DNA of 63,867 bases, counting the filler, from Chiloscyllium plagiosum (Eukaryota), in the NCBI RefSeq assembly GCF_004010195.1. It is 4 parts of 2 records of this genome, joined end to end, with 100 filler letters (N's around TTAATTAATTAA, not from the genome) between each part and the next. Parts side by side here need not be neighbours in the genome. Positions count along the whole stretch, not along the records: positions 1 to 26,789 come from NC_057715.1; positions 26,890 to 47,629 come from NC_057715.1; 2 more parts are not named here. One strand, given 5' to 3'. Positions 24,491-37,822 of this stretch are shown in pieces. A model generated the notes under the pieces. The model was not told the DNA's origin and did not search any database. It saw only the letters and a program-made list of their open reading frames with translations. The translations under genes were made by a program, and so were the position numbers. Positions within the stretch are counted from its first letter, which is position 1. The number at the start of each line of letters is the position of its first letter.

Positions 24491-25231
24491 ACTGTGCAAT
24501 CCTGACTGTGTACAAATGTTTGTTCGGGATTGAAGGAGATATAGTTTAATTTACACAGTAGCTTTGTTGATGATCAATGTGTCACTTATTTTTGCAAAAT
24601 AAGTTTGCCTGAAATTAACATGTTATTTTTGTGTTTATTGGAAATTCTGATGAAAGTCTCTTTTGTTCTCATTTAGGGGAATAAAATAAAATTTTGAGGA
24701 TTAAGACGATCACACTTAGGTCAAATGTCCCGGACGACTCCCGACTAGGAGGGAACACTCCTGGCTGGAGATTGTTGTGCAGTGTCTATTCATCTGTTGC
24801 TGTAGTCTCTGCTTGGTCTCACAATGTACCTTCAATGCATTATCTGAGTTGAGATGACACCTATTGTTAAAAGCTATCTTGAGAATATAACTTTAAAAAG
24901 GTTTTGGGATTTACACATGAAAGAACTGATACCAACATGATCATTCTAAAATATGAACGACTGAAGCTAAATTTGTTTAATATTACATTCCATGACACTA
25001 CAATCCTGTTGCAATAAATTCTGTGTCTTATGATTCTGCTCCACCTGATGAAGAAGCAGCACTTCAAAAGCTAGTGCCTTCAAATAAACCTGTTGGACTG
25101 TAACCTGGTGTTGTGTGATCTTGAATTTTGTCCACCCCAATCCAACACCAGCTCCTTCAAATTGTGTATATTTAAAGCTAAGGTAGATAGATACTTGATC
25201 ATTTGGGGAATGAAGGGTTACGGGGAAAGGA

Positions 25232-28200
25232 TAATAAAGTGGATGTGAGGAATACTAGACTAGGTGGGATTGAGGTTCACAAGGAAGAGGTATTAGAAAT
25301 CCTGCAGAGTGTGAAAATAGATAAGTCCCCTGGGCCAGATGGGATTTATCCTTGGATCCTCTGGGAAGATAGGGAGGAGAATACCGAGCCTTTGGCATTG
25401 ATCTTTACATCGTCATTGTCTACAGGAATGGTGCCAGAAGACTGGAGGATAGCAAATGTAGTTCCCTGTTTAAGAAGGGGAGTAGAGACAACCCTGGTAA
25501 TTATAGACCAGTGAGCCTTACTTCAGTTGTGGGTGAAGTGTTGGAAAAGGTTATAAGAGATATGATTTATAATCATCTAGAAAAGAATAATTTGATTGGG
25601 GTAGTCAGCACTGTTTTGTGAAGGGTAGGTCGTGCCTCACAAACCTTATTGAGTTTTTTGAGAAGGTGACCAAACAGGTAGATGAGAGTAAACTGGTTGA
25701 TGTGGTGTATATGGATTTCAGCAAGACGCTCGATAAAGTTCCCCACAGTAGGCTATTGTACAAAATGCGGAGGAATGGGATTGTGGGAGATATAGCAGTT
25801 TGGATCAGTAATTGGCTTGCTGAAATACGACAGAGGGTGGTGGTTGATGGGAAATGTTCATCCTAGAGTCCAGTTACTAGTGGTGTACCGCAACGGTGTT
25901 GGGTCCACTGCTGTTCGTCATTTTTATAAATGACCTGGATGAGGGTGTAGAAGGGTGTAGAAGGGTGGCAGATGGCACTAAGGTCGGTGGAGTTGTGAAT
26001 AGTCACGAAGGATGTTGTAGGTTACAGAGAGACATAGATAAGCTGCAGAGTTGGGCTGAGAGGTGGCAAATGGAGTTTAATGCGGACAAGTGTGAGGTGA
26101 TTCACTTTGGTCGGAGTAACCGGAATGCAAAGTACTGGGTTAATGGTAAGATTCTTGGTAGTGTAGATGAGCAGAGAGATCTCGGTGTCCAGGTACACAG
26201 ATCCTTGAAAGTTGCCACCCAGGTTGACAAGGTTGTTAAGAAGGCATACAGTGTTTTAGCTTTTATTAATAGAGAGATCGAGTTCCGGAAGCAGGAGGTT
26301 ATGCTGCAGCTGTACAAAACTCTGGTGCGGCAGCACTTGGAGTATTGTGTACAGTTCTGGTCACCGCATTATAAGAAGGATGTGGAAGCTTTGGAAAGGA
26401 TGCAGAGGAGATTTACTCGGATGTTGCCTGGTATGGAGGGAAGGTCTTATGAGGAAAGGCTGAGGGACTTGAGGATATTTTCATTGGAGAGAAGAAGGTT
26501 GAGACGTGATTAAATAGAGACATATAAGATAATCAGAGGGTTAGATAGGGTGGACAGGAAGAGCCTTTATCGGGACAAGTTATGGGCTTGTTAGTGGGTG
26601 AGCATTTTGGTGATGGTGACCACAATTCTGTGACTTTCACCTTGGTTATGGAGAGAGATAGGTGCGTGCAACAAGGCAGGTTTTACAATTGGGGGAAGGG
26701 TAAATACGATGCTGCAAGACAGGATCTGAGGTGCATAAATTGGGAGCACAGGCTGTTAGGGAAGGATGTCGTTGAAATGTGGAACTTTTNNNNNNNNNNN
26801 NNNNNNNNNNNNNNNNNNNNNNNNNNNNNNNNNTTAATTAATTAANNNNNNNNNNNNNNNNNNNNNNNNNNNNNNNNNNNNNNNNNNNNGGGGTCAATTC
26901 AGAACAGAAATGCGGAGACATTTCTTCAGCCAGAGAGTGGTGGGCCTGTGGAATTCATTGCCACAGAGCGCAGTGGAGGCAAGGATGCTAAATGTCTTCA
27001 AGGCAGAGATTGATAAATTCTTGATGTCACAAGGAATTAAGGGCTACGGGGAGAATGGTGGTAAGTGGAGCTGAAATGCCCATCAGCCATGATTAAATGG
27101 CGGAGTGGACCCCATGGGCCGAATGGCCTTACTTCCACTCCTATGTCTTATGGTCTTATGGGAAGAGGTATAACTGGGGGAAAGGCAATTATGATGTGAT
27201 TAGGCAAGTTTTAGGATGCATAGGACGGATGGACACACTTGAAATGTGGAGCTTATTCAAGGAACAGCTACTGCAGGTCCTTGATAAGTATCGACCTATC
27301 AGACAGGGAGGTAGTTGTCGAGAGAGGGAGCTGTGGTTTACTAAAGAAGTTGAAGCTCTTGTCAAGCGGAAGAAGAAGGCTTACGTGAGGATTTGGCATG
27401 AAGGCTCAGTTAGGGGGCTTGAGAGTTATAAGTTAGCCAGAAAAAATCGAAAGAGAAGGCTAAGAAGAGCCAGGAGAGGACATGAGAAGTTATTGGTGGA
27501 TAGGATCAAGGAAAACTCTAAGGCCTTCTATAGGCATTTAAAGAATAAAAGAATGACTAGGATAAGATTAAGGCCAATCTAGGGTAGCAGTGGGAAGTTG
27601 TGTGTGGAATCTGAGGACGTAGGGGAAATGCGTAATGAATACTTTTCGTCAGTATTCACATTGGACAAAAGCAATGTTATGAGAAAATGGCGATACAGAC
27701 TACTAGATAAGATGGGATTGAGGTTGACAAAGAGGAGGTTTTAGCAATTTTGGAAGATCTGAAAATAGATGCCTGGGCCGGATGGGATTTATCCTTGGAT
27801 TCTTTGACATACCGGGGAGGAGATTGCAGAGCTTTTGGCTTTGATCTTTATGTCATCATTGTCGACAGGAACAGTGCCAGAAGACTGGAGGATAGCAAAT
27901 GTTGTTCCCTTGTTCACGAAGGGCAGTAGAGACAACCCTGGTAATTATAGACCAGTGAGCCTTACTTCGGTTATGGGTGAAGTGTTGGAAAAGGCTAAGA
28001 GATAGGATTTATAATCATCTGGAAAGGAATAATTTGATTAGGGATAGTCAACACGGTCTTGTGAAGGGGAGGTCGTGCTTCACTAACCTTATTGAGTTCT
28101 TTGAGAAGGTGACAAAACAGGTAGATGAAGGTAAAGTGGTTGATGTGATGTATATGGATTTCAGTAAGGCGTTTGATACGGTTCCACATGGTAGACTATT

Positions 28201-28625
28201 GCACAAAATATGGAGTTTCAGGATTGAAGGTGATTTAGCGCTTTTGATCAGAAATTGGCTAGCTGAAAGAAGACAGAGGGTGGTGGTTGATGGGAAATGT
28301 TCATCCTGGAGCTCAGTTACCAGTGAATTGCCACAAGGATCTGTTTTGGGGTCACTGCTCTTTGTCATTATTTTAAAATGATCTGGAAGTGAGCATAGAA
28401 GGATGGGTTAGTAAATTTGTGGATGACACTAAGGTCAGTAGAGTTGTGGATAGTGCCAAAGGATGTTGTGGGTTAGAGGGACATTGATAAGATGCAAAGC
28501 TGGGCTGAGAAGTGGCAAATGGAGTTTAATGCAGAAAAATGTGACATAGTTCACTTTGGAAGAAGCAACAGGAATGCAGAGTACTGGGCTAATGCTAAAA
28601 TTCTTGACATTATAGATGAACAGAG
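25232..28625 (+). mobile_element. Cluster of CR1 LINE ORF2 fragments spanning the scaffold join
   Basis: [42 protein letters not shown] motifs occur in at least two copies. Confidence 0.9.
26790..26889. other. Artificial scaffold spacer N44-TTAATTAATTAA-N44 (also 47630-47729 and 60819-60918)
   Basis: Identical 100-bp structure three times; the 12-mer places stop codons in all six frames. Confidence 0.95.
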
Positions 28626-28627
28626 AA

Positions 28628-28766
28628 CTCTCGCTTCAGAGAACATCTCCGGGACACCTTTGCGAACCAACCTCACTGCCCAGTGGTCAAAACTTCAACT
28701 CTCCCTCCCACTCCACCGAGGACATGCAGGTCCTGGGTCTCCTCCATCACTACTCCCTTACCACCC
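28628..28766 (+). mobile_element. Penelope GIY-YIG fragment
   Basis: cgcttcagagaacatctc (RFREHL)...gaggacatgcaggtcctgggtctcctccat, homologous to the element at 51358-51946. Confidence 0.65.
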
Positions 28767-28769
28767 GTA

Positions 28770-30320
28770 AGTCTGACATTCGTAGTCAGGAAATTATTGA
28801 AGAAGGTTCTTAGGGACAGGATTTAATTGCATTTGGGGAAAAAAATACTTATTATAGATAGTCAGCATGGCTTTATGCAGGGGAGGTCTTGCCTCACAAA
28901 TCTGATTGAGTTTTTTGACCAAGTGTCAAGGATGATTGATGAAGGTAGGGCAGTGCATGTTGTCTACATTTAATAAGATAGTCTGGTCCAGAAGATCAAA
29001 TCCCATGGAATTCATGGTAACTTGGCAAGTTGGACACAAAATTGCCTTGGCCATAGAAGACGGAGGTTAGTTATAGAGGAATGTTTTTCTCACTGGGGGT
29101 CTATGACCTGTGATGTTCCACAAGGATCAATGCTGAGACCTCTATTATTTGTGATATACGTAAATTAGTATGTTTGCAGCTGACAAACAAATTGGTGGAG
29201 TTGTAGATAGTGAGGAAGGATATCAAAGGATACAGGTCTGTTGGAAAGTTGGGCAGAGAAATGGCATTTTGGGAGGTCAAATTCATGATGAAAGTATACT
29301 GTAAATGGTAGACCCCTTAGGAGCTTGGATATAAAGAGGATCCTCGGGTGCAGGTCCAAAGCTCTCTGAAAGTAGCAACACAAGTGGATAAGATGGTTAA
29401 GAAGGCATTTGGCATGCTCGCCTTCAGCAGTCAGGGTTGAAATATTGAGTATAGAAGTTAGCGAGTCATGTTGCAACTGTATAAGATTATGTGCAGTTCT
29501 AGTTGCCACAGCACAGGATGTGATGACTTTGGAGAGGATCCAGAAGAGGCTTACCAGGCTGTGACCTGGGTTGGAGTCTATTAGATTAGATTACTTACCA
29601 TGTGGAAACAGGCCCTTCGGCCCAACAAGTTCACACCGACCCGCTGAAGCGCACCCGCCCAGACCAATTCCCTTACATTTACCCCTTCACCTAACCCTAC
29701 GGGCAATTTAGCATGGCCAATTCACCTAATCTGCACATCTTTGGATTGTGGGAGGAAACCAGAGCACCCGGAGGAAACCCACGCAGACACGGGGAGAATG
29801 TGCAAACTCCACACAGTCAGTCGCCTGAGGCGGGAATTGAACCCGGGTCTCTGGCGCTGTGAGGACCACTGTGCCACCGTGCCGCCCATTAGATTCAAGA
29901 AAGATTGGATAAACTTGGATTGTTGTCACTAGAGTGTCGGAGGCTGAAGGTTGACTTGATAGGAGTATGAGATAAAATTATGAGAGGTATAGATAAGGTT
30001 GACAGTCAGAGTCTTTTTCCCAGGATGGAAATATCAAACAATGGAGGGGGGAGGCTTAAGGTGGGAGGGGAAAAGTTTAAAGTTTAAAGGAGATGGGCAA
30101 GGCAATTTTTATTTACAGAGGATGGTAGGTACCTGGAACATGCTGCCAGGGGAGGAAATAGAAGCAGATACGTTGGCAAAATTTAAGAGGCATTTAGACA
30201 GATGCATGAATGGACAGGGAATACAAGCATACAGATCATGCAGGCAAATGGGATCAGTTTAGAGTGGCATTATGGTTGGCACAGACATGGTGGGCCGAAG
30301 GGCGTGTTCCTTTAGTAGAC
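28770..30320 (+). mobile_element. CR1 LINE fragment with nested SINE
   Basis: Degenerate RT motifs and CR1 tail ggccgaagggc. Confidence 0.82.
29583..29887 (-). mobile_element. HE1/V-SINE-type SINE
   Basis: Reverse-complement homology to 2888-3123. Confidence 0.88.
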
Positions 30321-30641
30321 TGTTTAGACTTTAGTAGAGTCGGGTAGCTGTATTCCAGTGAATCTGGATAAATGTAGGAGAGAAAAAGGAATAGAAGTCT
30401 CATTTCAGACCTGCCTTGACTTCAGGTTGTGCCATAGCACTTTACAACCAATGGAGATACTTTTGTAATGGGGCCACTATTGTAATTCACAAGCTTATTG
30501 GATGGAAATGTTGCGTGATTCTACAAAGAACATGGTGTTTATGAAAGTGATCTAGATGAAGTAATGATGAAATGTCCATTAATGAGGGCCTGCAGGTTAC
30601 CAACTCCCTCATGGGACTCTCAATCTATAGAGATATGGTAC

Positions 30642-30799
30642 CTTGCTTGAGTACAAGGCAAAAGCAACATCTTCTATTGGCTTGTCCTGCAGGTCTTTGA
30701 TGGCTGTAGACAGGTCAATGATCAGCTTCTCTGTACGTTGTTCACATTCTTTTCTTGAAAAACTCAGAATATCCAGCTGCATGGATTTCAGAGAGGGCA
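30642..30799 (-). CDS. DNHD1: DNHD1-like exon (N-terminal tail region)
   Basis: ttttccag|TG...AAG|gtacca, 158 bp, phase 1/0. VPSLKSMQLDILSFSRKECEQRTEKLIIDLSTAIKDLQDKPIEDVAFALYSSK. Confidence 0.78.
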
Positions 30800-31003
30800 C
30801 TGGAAAAGAAAGGAAAGAGGAGGTTATTGAGGGCCACACGCATCTTGGATGAGAGGGGTTGGGGTAGCACATTGCGATGAACTCGGGTCACCGTGGGTTG
30901 GTGGAGGAGGGGTGGGGGTGGGGGGTAGTCAGTGCTGACTCACAGCATAGACATTGCCAACAGGAATGGGTGCCATGGCGATGGGTTTACCAGCTGCACT
31001 TAC

Positions 31004-31247
31004 CCATCTTCTCATGAATGATTGAACAGTCTAAAGCCAACACTCGATTTCTGGTCACATACAGAGGCTCAAATCCTTTCATCCTCCTCAGCCATTTCCT
31101 CAGCTGCATCAGGTTGACCTGGTATTGCTGCAGTTTCCAGTGTCGCAGTTTCTCCAGTTCATCTGCACTCCACGTACAAAGCATTTGGTAAGTTGTTGTA
31201 AGCCAAATGTGGTGAGCTCGGAATAGAATGATGTCTTTCATAGCAGC
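31004..31247 (-). CDS. DNHD1: DNHD1-like exon (N-terminal tail region)
   Basis: ttttcag|GCT...ATG G|gtaagt, 244 bp, phase 0/1. AAMKDIILFRAHHIWL...NRVLALDCSIIHEKM. Confidence 0.8.
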
Positions 31248-31389
31248 CTGAAAACACAGGAGGAATAATCAGAGACCATCCCAATTACCATCCGAAAAGA
31301 GAACAAGGTCAGGCAGCAGCTCAACCTGCCCATCTCACTGTTTCGATATAAATTCAACAGCCTCATGTACACTCTCCCATTTCACTGAC

Positions 31390-32950
31390 TTGAAGAGCCT
31401 ATTTAACCACCCCTCCAATAGTCAATGGATAGTGGAAAGACAATGGCAAACATTTAAACAGTGCATTGAGGAACTGCAACAAACATTAATTCCTGCCCGG
31501 TAAAAAATTAAAATGGGAAAGGTGACCTGACCATGGTGATCAAGGGAAATTAGGGATAATATTTAATCCAAGGAAGTACACAAATTAGTCAGAAAGAGCA
31601 GCAAACCTGAGGATGAGAAGCAATTTAAACTTCAGCAAACAAAGATGAAGTGATTTATTAATAAAGGGAAAATAAAGTTTGAGAGTAAGCTTATGGAAAC
31701 ATAAGAACTGATTGCATAAGTTGTTATAGGTTTGCGAAGAGAGAAAGATTGGTGAAAACAAATGTATGTCCCTTACATTCAGAAATGGGGGAACAAAGAG
31801 ATGGCTGACCAACTAAAGATATACTTTGATTCTGTGTTCACAAACAGGGGACACAAATGAAGTCCCAAATATGTTGGTCTTGAGAGAAAGAGGAGCTGAA
31901 GGAAAACAGTATTAGGAGGGAAATGGTAGTGGGGAAATTGATAGGATTGAAGGCTGACAAATCCCCACGGCCTGACAATCTATATACCAGAGTACTTAAG
32001 GAAGTGGCCATAGAAATAGTAGATGTGTTGGTGGTCATCTTCCAAGACTCTTTAGACTCTGGAATGGATTGTAGGGTTGCTCATGTAAAGCAACTTTTTA
32101 AAATGGCTAGTAGAAAGAAAATCGGAGATTACTAACCATTGAGACTGATGCTGGGAGTGGGAATAATACTCGTGTCCACTATAAAATATTTTAAAACAGA
32201 GCTTTTGGAAAACAGTGGCAGGATTGGACAGAGTTGACATGGGTTTATGAAACAGAAATCATGCTTGACAAATCGATTGAAATTATTTGAGGATATAACT
32301 AGTAGAGTTGATGAGGGAGAGCCAGTGAATGTGGTTTATTTGGTCTTTTAGAAGGCTTTCAGCAAAGTCCCACGTAAGAGATTAATGTTTCAAATTAAAG
32401 CACAGGAGATAGAGTATTGAGATGGATAGAAAACTGATTGGCAGACAGGAAACAAAGTGTAGGAATAAACGGGTTGTATTCTGAATGGTAGGGCTTCTAC
32501 CAGAATCTTGGAGTTTTTTTGAATTAAACTTAACAAAGAAAACCCCAGCAGCAGCCAGTGACTAGTGGGGTACCGCAGAGATCAGTGGTTAGACCCCAGC
32601 TATTTACAGTATATATTAATGATTTATACAAGGAAACTAAAAGCAATATCTCCACATATTGCAGATAACACAAGGCTGGGTGGGAAGCTGAGCTGTGAGG
32701 AGGATGCAGGGTTGCTTCAGTGTGACTTGAACAGACTGAATGAGTGGGCAAGTGTGTAATAGATGCAGTACAATGTGGATCAATGTGTGGTTATTCTTTT
32801 TGGAGCAAAAACAGGAAGGCAGAATACAATCTGAATGGTGATAGATTGGGAAAGGGTGAGGCACAATGAGACCTGGGTGTCCTTCAACACCAGTCACTGA
32901 AAATAAGCAACAGGCAGTGAAGAACGTGAGTGCTATGTTGGCCTTCACAG
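31390..32950 (+). mobile_element. Older CR1 LINE ORF2 fragment
   Basis: GLKADKSPRPD.LY.RVLKEVA.EIVD, SCLTN, ADNT.LGG motifs with many stops. Confidence 0.8.
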
Positions 32951-33097
32951 AAAGCAAGCGATGAAGACAGAGAGAAAGATACATTCAGAGTGGAGCATAA
33001 GAGAGCAACAGAGACAGAAAGTTGGAGATGGAGTCAGAGACACAAAGACAGAGAGAGACAGTGTGAAGACTGTTGCAGAGTCAGACCAGTGACTCAC

Positions 33098-33336
33098 CTT
33101 GATGAGCAGTTTCTGCTTCCTCTGCGCACTCTGCAGCTTCCTGTCTGCTGTTATTTCTGCCCTCAGAAGGGTGATAGGCATCGTGTTGAAATGAGCCTGC
33201 AGTTGCTCCCCAGTCACCCTCAGCCCTCTGCTGTCCAGCAGTCCGAGCAGGACTGAGGGCTGTGGAATGGAGCACGATGGCTTAGTGATCAGATGCTGGG
33301 AGATGTGACAGGGTCTAGTCTCTGTGTCTCCCGAAC
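33098..33336 (-). CDS. DNHD1: DNHD1-like exon
   Basis: ccttacag|GT...AAG|gtgagt, 239 bp, phase 1/0, open frame ending GLRVTGEQLQAHF...QKLLIK; compatible with flanking exons. Confidence 0.75.
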
Positions 33337-33633
33337 CTGTAAGGAACAAGGAAAGAAAGTGCTTCAGTTTCTATAGCCCCCATTTAATCCTCAGGATATC
33401 CCAATGTGATTCACATTCAATGATGTCTATGCAATGGGTTCAGGGTCAGGGTGCAGGACACTCGAGGAGTGCAGAGGATCTCCAAGGCATTTCAAGGGGG
33501 TGGGGAGAATAAACGCCTGCCTAGCCAGTAGTAACCACAACTCAGGGAAGAATCGAAAATGTCAAAAATAAATTAAAACACAGAGCCAATTTGAGCACAG
33601 CAAGCTCACGGTGACTTTCTGTGCGCTGTAAGG

Positions 33634-33910
33634 GTAACACAGTGGCTCAGTGGTTATCACAGCACCAGGGACCTGAGTTCAATTCCAGCCTCAGCTGACT
33701 GTGCAGAGTTTGCACATTCTCTCCATGTCCTCGCAGGTTTCCTCTGGGTGCTCCAGTTTCCTCCTACAGTCCAAGATGTGTAGGTCAGGTGGATTAGCCA
33801 AAGTAGATGCAGAGTTACAGGGATTGTGTGGGATGCTCTTTGGAGGGGGTCAGTGTTAACTTGATCAGCTGAAAGGCCTGCTTCCACACGGTAGGCATTC
33901 TCTGAGAAAC
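33634..33910 (+). mobile_element. HE1/V-SINE-type SINE (diverged)
   Basis: tRNA head with A/B boxes, V-domain, CR1-like tail. Confidence 0.75.
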
Positions 33911-33975
33911 AGCAATTAGATATTGACTAGAATGTCTATACTTGCTCAAGGTTAAATATTGGCCACAAGTATTGC

Positions 33976-34225
33976 ACTCTCTCAGTGTTAGCCCTCTGAC
34001 AGTGTGGCGCTCCCTCAGTGTTAGCCCTCTGACAGTGTGGCGCTCCCTCAGTGTTAGCCCTCTGACAGTGTGGTGCTCCCTCAGTGTTAGCCCTCTGACA
34101 GTGTGGCACTCCCTCAGTGATAGCCCTCTGACAGTGTGGCACTCTCTCAGTGATAGCCCTCTGACAGTGTGCCGCTCTCTCAGTGTTAGCCCTCTGACAG
34201 TGTGGTGCTCCCTCAGTACTGACCC
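33976..34225. repeat. 33-bp minisatellite variant (gtgttagccctctgacagtgtggcgctccctca)
   Basis: About 7 tandem units; explains the repetitive spurious ORFs here. Confidence 0.9.
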
Positions 34226-34254
34226 TTGCCTTCTCCCACCAAATCCTATGAACC

Positions 34255-36450
34255 CTGGACAGTGAGAGATAGAAAGCAATGATTAAGAGAAAAAGGGGAG
34301 GTTATGATAGATTCCGAGGGGTCAAAACGGCAGAATCCCTCAAGGACTGTAGAATACGCAAGAAGGAACTTAAAAAGGAAATTAGGAATACTAAAATGGA
34401 ACACTTGGCAGATAAAATGAACGAGAATTCTGGATTGTTTTACAGGTATATGAAGGGTATAAGGTTAATGAGTGAAAGAGTGGGGCCTATTAAGGACCAC
34501 AATGGTAATTTGTGCATGGAACCAGAGGATGTAGGGAGGGTTCTAACTGAATACCTTGTGTTGGTGTTCACTAGTGAGAGGGATAACATGGTGAAAAAAT
34601 CAGGGAGAAGGTCTGTATACAATTAAAGAAATTAAAACAGAAAGAGAGGACGTTATGAGTGGTCGTTATAGTAGATAAATCTCCAGGGCTGGTGAAATGT
34701 ATCTCCAAATGTTAAGTGAGACAAAGGGGGAAGTAGCAATTTCTCTCTGGCCACAGGAGAGGTGCTGGAAAACTGGAGGACAGCCAATGTGGGACTGTTA
34801 TTCAAGGAAGGTACAAGTGATAAAGCAGTAAAGTACAGGCTGGTCAATCTAACACAGTGGTGGGAAACTGTTTGAAGCAATTCAGAGGGACAGAATTAAT
34901 CTGCATTTGGAGAGGCAGGGATTAATCAAAGACAGCCAGTATGGTTTTGTTCAGGGGAGATCATGTCTGAACATGATCATGTCTGATCAACTTGATTCAA
35001 AGAGGTGACCAGGTGTGTAGATGAAGGCAAGGCTTTTGATGTAGTCTATTTGGATTTCAGCAAGGCTTTTGGTCAGGTTCAGCATGGGAGACTGATAGCA
35101 AAGGTTAGAGCCCATGGGAATCCAAGGAAATTTCACTAATTAGATCCAGAGATGGCTGAGTAACAGGAAGCAGAGGGTGATGATTGAGAGGTGGTTTACA
35201 GACTGGAAGTATGTATCCAGTGGGATCTCACAGAGAATGTAGAAGGGTTGATTAGTAGGTTTTCAGATGACACAAAATTGGTGAAGTGGTAAGTTATGAC
35301 AAGGATAGCCTTAGGTTACAGGAGGATATAGACGGGTTGGTCAGCCAAGCTGATCAGTGGCAAATGGAAGTCAATCTGGATAAGTGGATAAGTGTGAGGT
35401 GATGCACGTGGGCAGGACAACAGACGAGGGAATACATGATGGCCTGTAGGACTCTGGGAAGGACCAAAGATCAGAATGACCTTAGTGTATATGTAAACTG
35501 ATCCCTTAAAGTGTCAGGACAGATGGATAAAGTGATTATGAAGGAATATGGTATACTAGCCTTAATTAATCAAGACATGGAACTTAAAAGTGGGGAGGCT
35601 ATGGTGGAACTTTATAAAATGTGGTTAGATTAGATTACTTACAGTGTGGAAACAGGCCCTTCAGCCCAAAAAGTCCACACCGACCCATCAAAACACAACC
35701 CACCCAGACCCATTCCCCTACATCTAACACTATGGGCAATTTAGCATGGCCAATTCACCTGACCTGCACATCTTTGGACTGTGGGAGGAAACCAGAGCAA
35801 ACCCACGCAGACACTGGGAGAATGTGCAAACTCAGTCACCTGAGGCGGGAATTGAACCCGGGTCTCTGGCGCTGTGAGGCAACAGTGCTAACCACTGTAC
35901 CACCGTGCCGCTGGCTAGTTCACAGCGAGTGTACTGTGTGCTGTTCAGGAATCCACAGTACAGGAGAGATGTGATAGCCTTGGAGAGGATGCAGAGGGAG
36001 ATTTACTGGGTTGGTGCCTGGGATGGAGAGTTTCAGTGATGAAGAGAGATTGTACAGACAGGGGCTGTTTTCCTTAGAGTAGAAGAGACTGAGGGAGACA
36101 TGATTGAGATTTATAAAATAATGAGGGACATACATTGGGTCAACAGGAAGAAACTTTTTCCCTTGATGGAGGGATCAATGACAAGGCGATGTAGATTAAG
36201 GGAAGGGGCAGAAGGTTTCACCCAGAGGCTGGTGAGAATCTGGAACTCACTGCCTATGAGGGTAGGAGAGGCAGAAACCCTCAGAACATTGAGGAAGCTT
36301 TTAGATGTGCAGTTACTTCCAAGCATCCAAGGCAATGGGCAAGAGCTGGGAAATGGGATTATAATCATTAGATGGTCGTCATTGACTGGTATAGAGTTGA
36401 CAGCAAAAGTGTCCTTCTCTGTGCTGTACATCACTATGACTATGGCTGTC
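34255..36450 (+). mobile_element. CR1 LINE ORF2 fragment with nested SINE (35625-35910, minus)
   Basis: ERVGPIKDHNGNLC.EPEDVG.VL.EY and degenerate RT motifs. Confidence 0.82.
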
Positions 36451-36579
36451 TGAATCTCTGTGCTGTAAATCACTGACTATGGCTCTCTGTATCTCTCTCT
36501 CTCTCTCTCTCTCTTTCTCTCCCCTTCCATGTTCACTGACTCACTCTCACCTTCCAAACACTTTAGTCATTCACAGAAA

Positions 36580-36890
36580 GAGGGTGTTGCCAGCCAGCCT
36601 GCATTTATTACCCAGAGAGTAGTTAAAAGTCAACCACATTGCTGTTGGTCTGGAGTCACATGTAGGCCTGACCAGGTAAGGATGGTTATTCATTCCCTCA
36701 AGGACATTAGTGAATCAGATGGGTTTTTCTGAAAATTGATTCACAGTCATTATTAAACTCTTTATTCCAGATTTCTTTTCCTTGAATTCAAACTCCACCA
36801 TTTGCCATGGCAGGATTTGAACCCAGGTCCCTCAGACATTATTTGGATCTCTGGATTAACAGTCCATTGATAAAACCACTAGGCCATTAA
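36580..36890 (-). mobile_element. Deu-domain/SacSINE-like tRNA SINE (related copies ~17670-17960, ~50810-51130, ~48950-49180)
   Basis: Minus strand tggcctagtgg...gggttcaaatcc tRNA boxes; shared body ggcctacatgtgactccagacc...gcaatgtggttgac. Family name tentative. Confidence 0.6.
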
Positions 36891-37051
36891 CATCCCTCAC
36901 ACACTTTCCACATTCTCCTCTCTCTCTGTCTATCTCCTTTCACTCTCTTTCTCTCACTTTCAACACTTTCTCCCTTCTTCCAAACACTGTCTCCCTTATC
37001 TCCCAAACACTGTCTCCCTTATCTTCCACTCCTCCTCTTGTTTTCACTCAC

Positions 37052-37217
37052 CTTCTGCTTTTGTTCTTCCTCTTGCCTCCCGTTGGGCTCTGCACACATT
37101 ACACATTGCCTCGGAAGGCTTGTTGGACCCAGTCTCGGGTGAATCCTTGCTCCTAGTGTCCCTCTGATCCTCCGATCCTGATTGGGAAGGGCTGGCCTTC
37201 TGCACAGACTCCACCAC
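37052..37217 (-). CDS. DNHD1: DNHD1-like exon (low-complexity linker)
   Basis: tcttcttcag|GTG...GAA G|gtgagt, 166 bp, phase 0/1, open. Confidence 0.7.
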
Positions 37218-37493
37218 CTGAAGAAGAATGTTCCAGAGAGTGAGAGACATTCCACAGCCCCTCTCTCCCCTACCTCTCCATATGGACCATCACCTTTCCC
37301 TGCCTTCCACCTCACTGCACGCTCTCTCTCTCCTGCTCTCCTTCCCACCTCTCTGCCAAAAGCACATTACGTCCTTCCTCTCTCTCCGCTTGCCTCTCAC
37401 TTCCCACATCCAGAATCACTTATACCCAGCTCTCCCACCTTCTCATTTCCTACCTCACAACACCTTCCGTTTGCTGTGTCCTCACTCTTCTCT

Positions 37494-37822
37494 CTCCCTC
37501 AGCACTGACCATCTGACCGTGCAGCGCTCCCTCAGCACTGATCCTCTGACAGTGCAGCACTCCCTCAACACTGACCTTCTGATAGTGCAGCACTTCCTCA
37601 GTACTGACCTTCCAATAGTGCAGCACTCCTTCAGTACTGACTCTCCGACAGTGTGGCATTTCCTCAGCTCTGACCCTTGGACAGTGCAGCGCTCCCTCAA
37701 CACTGACCCTCCGACAGTGCGGCACTCCCTCAGCACTGACCCTCCGACAGTGCAGCACTCCCTCAGCACTGAACCTCTGCAAGTGCGGGACTACCTCTGC
37801 ACTGACTCTCTAACTGTGCAGT
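37494..37822. repeat. 33-bp minisatellite
   Basis: About 10 tandem units of cactgaccctccgacagtgcagcactccctcag. Confidence 0.9.

Noticed and set aside
33815..34279. Repetitive ORFs (also 18905-19256 and 37228-37890)
   Set aside because: By-products of stop-free 33-bp minisatellites.
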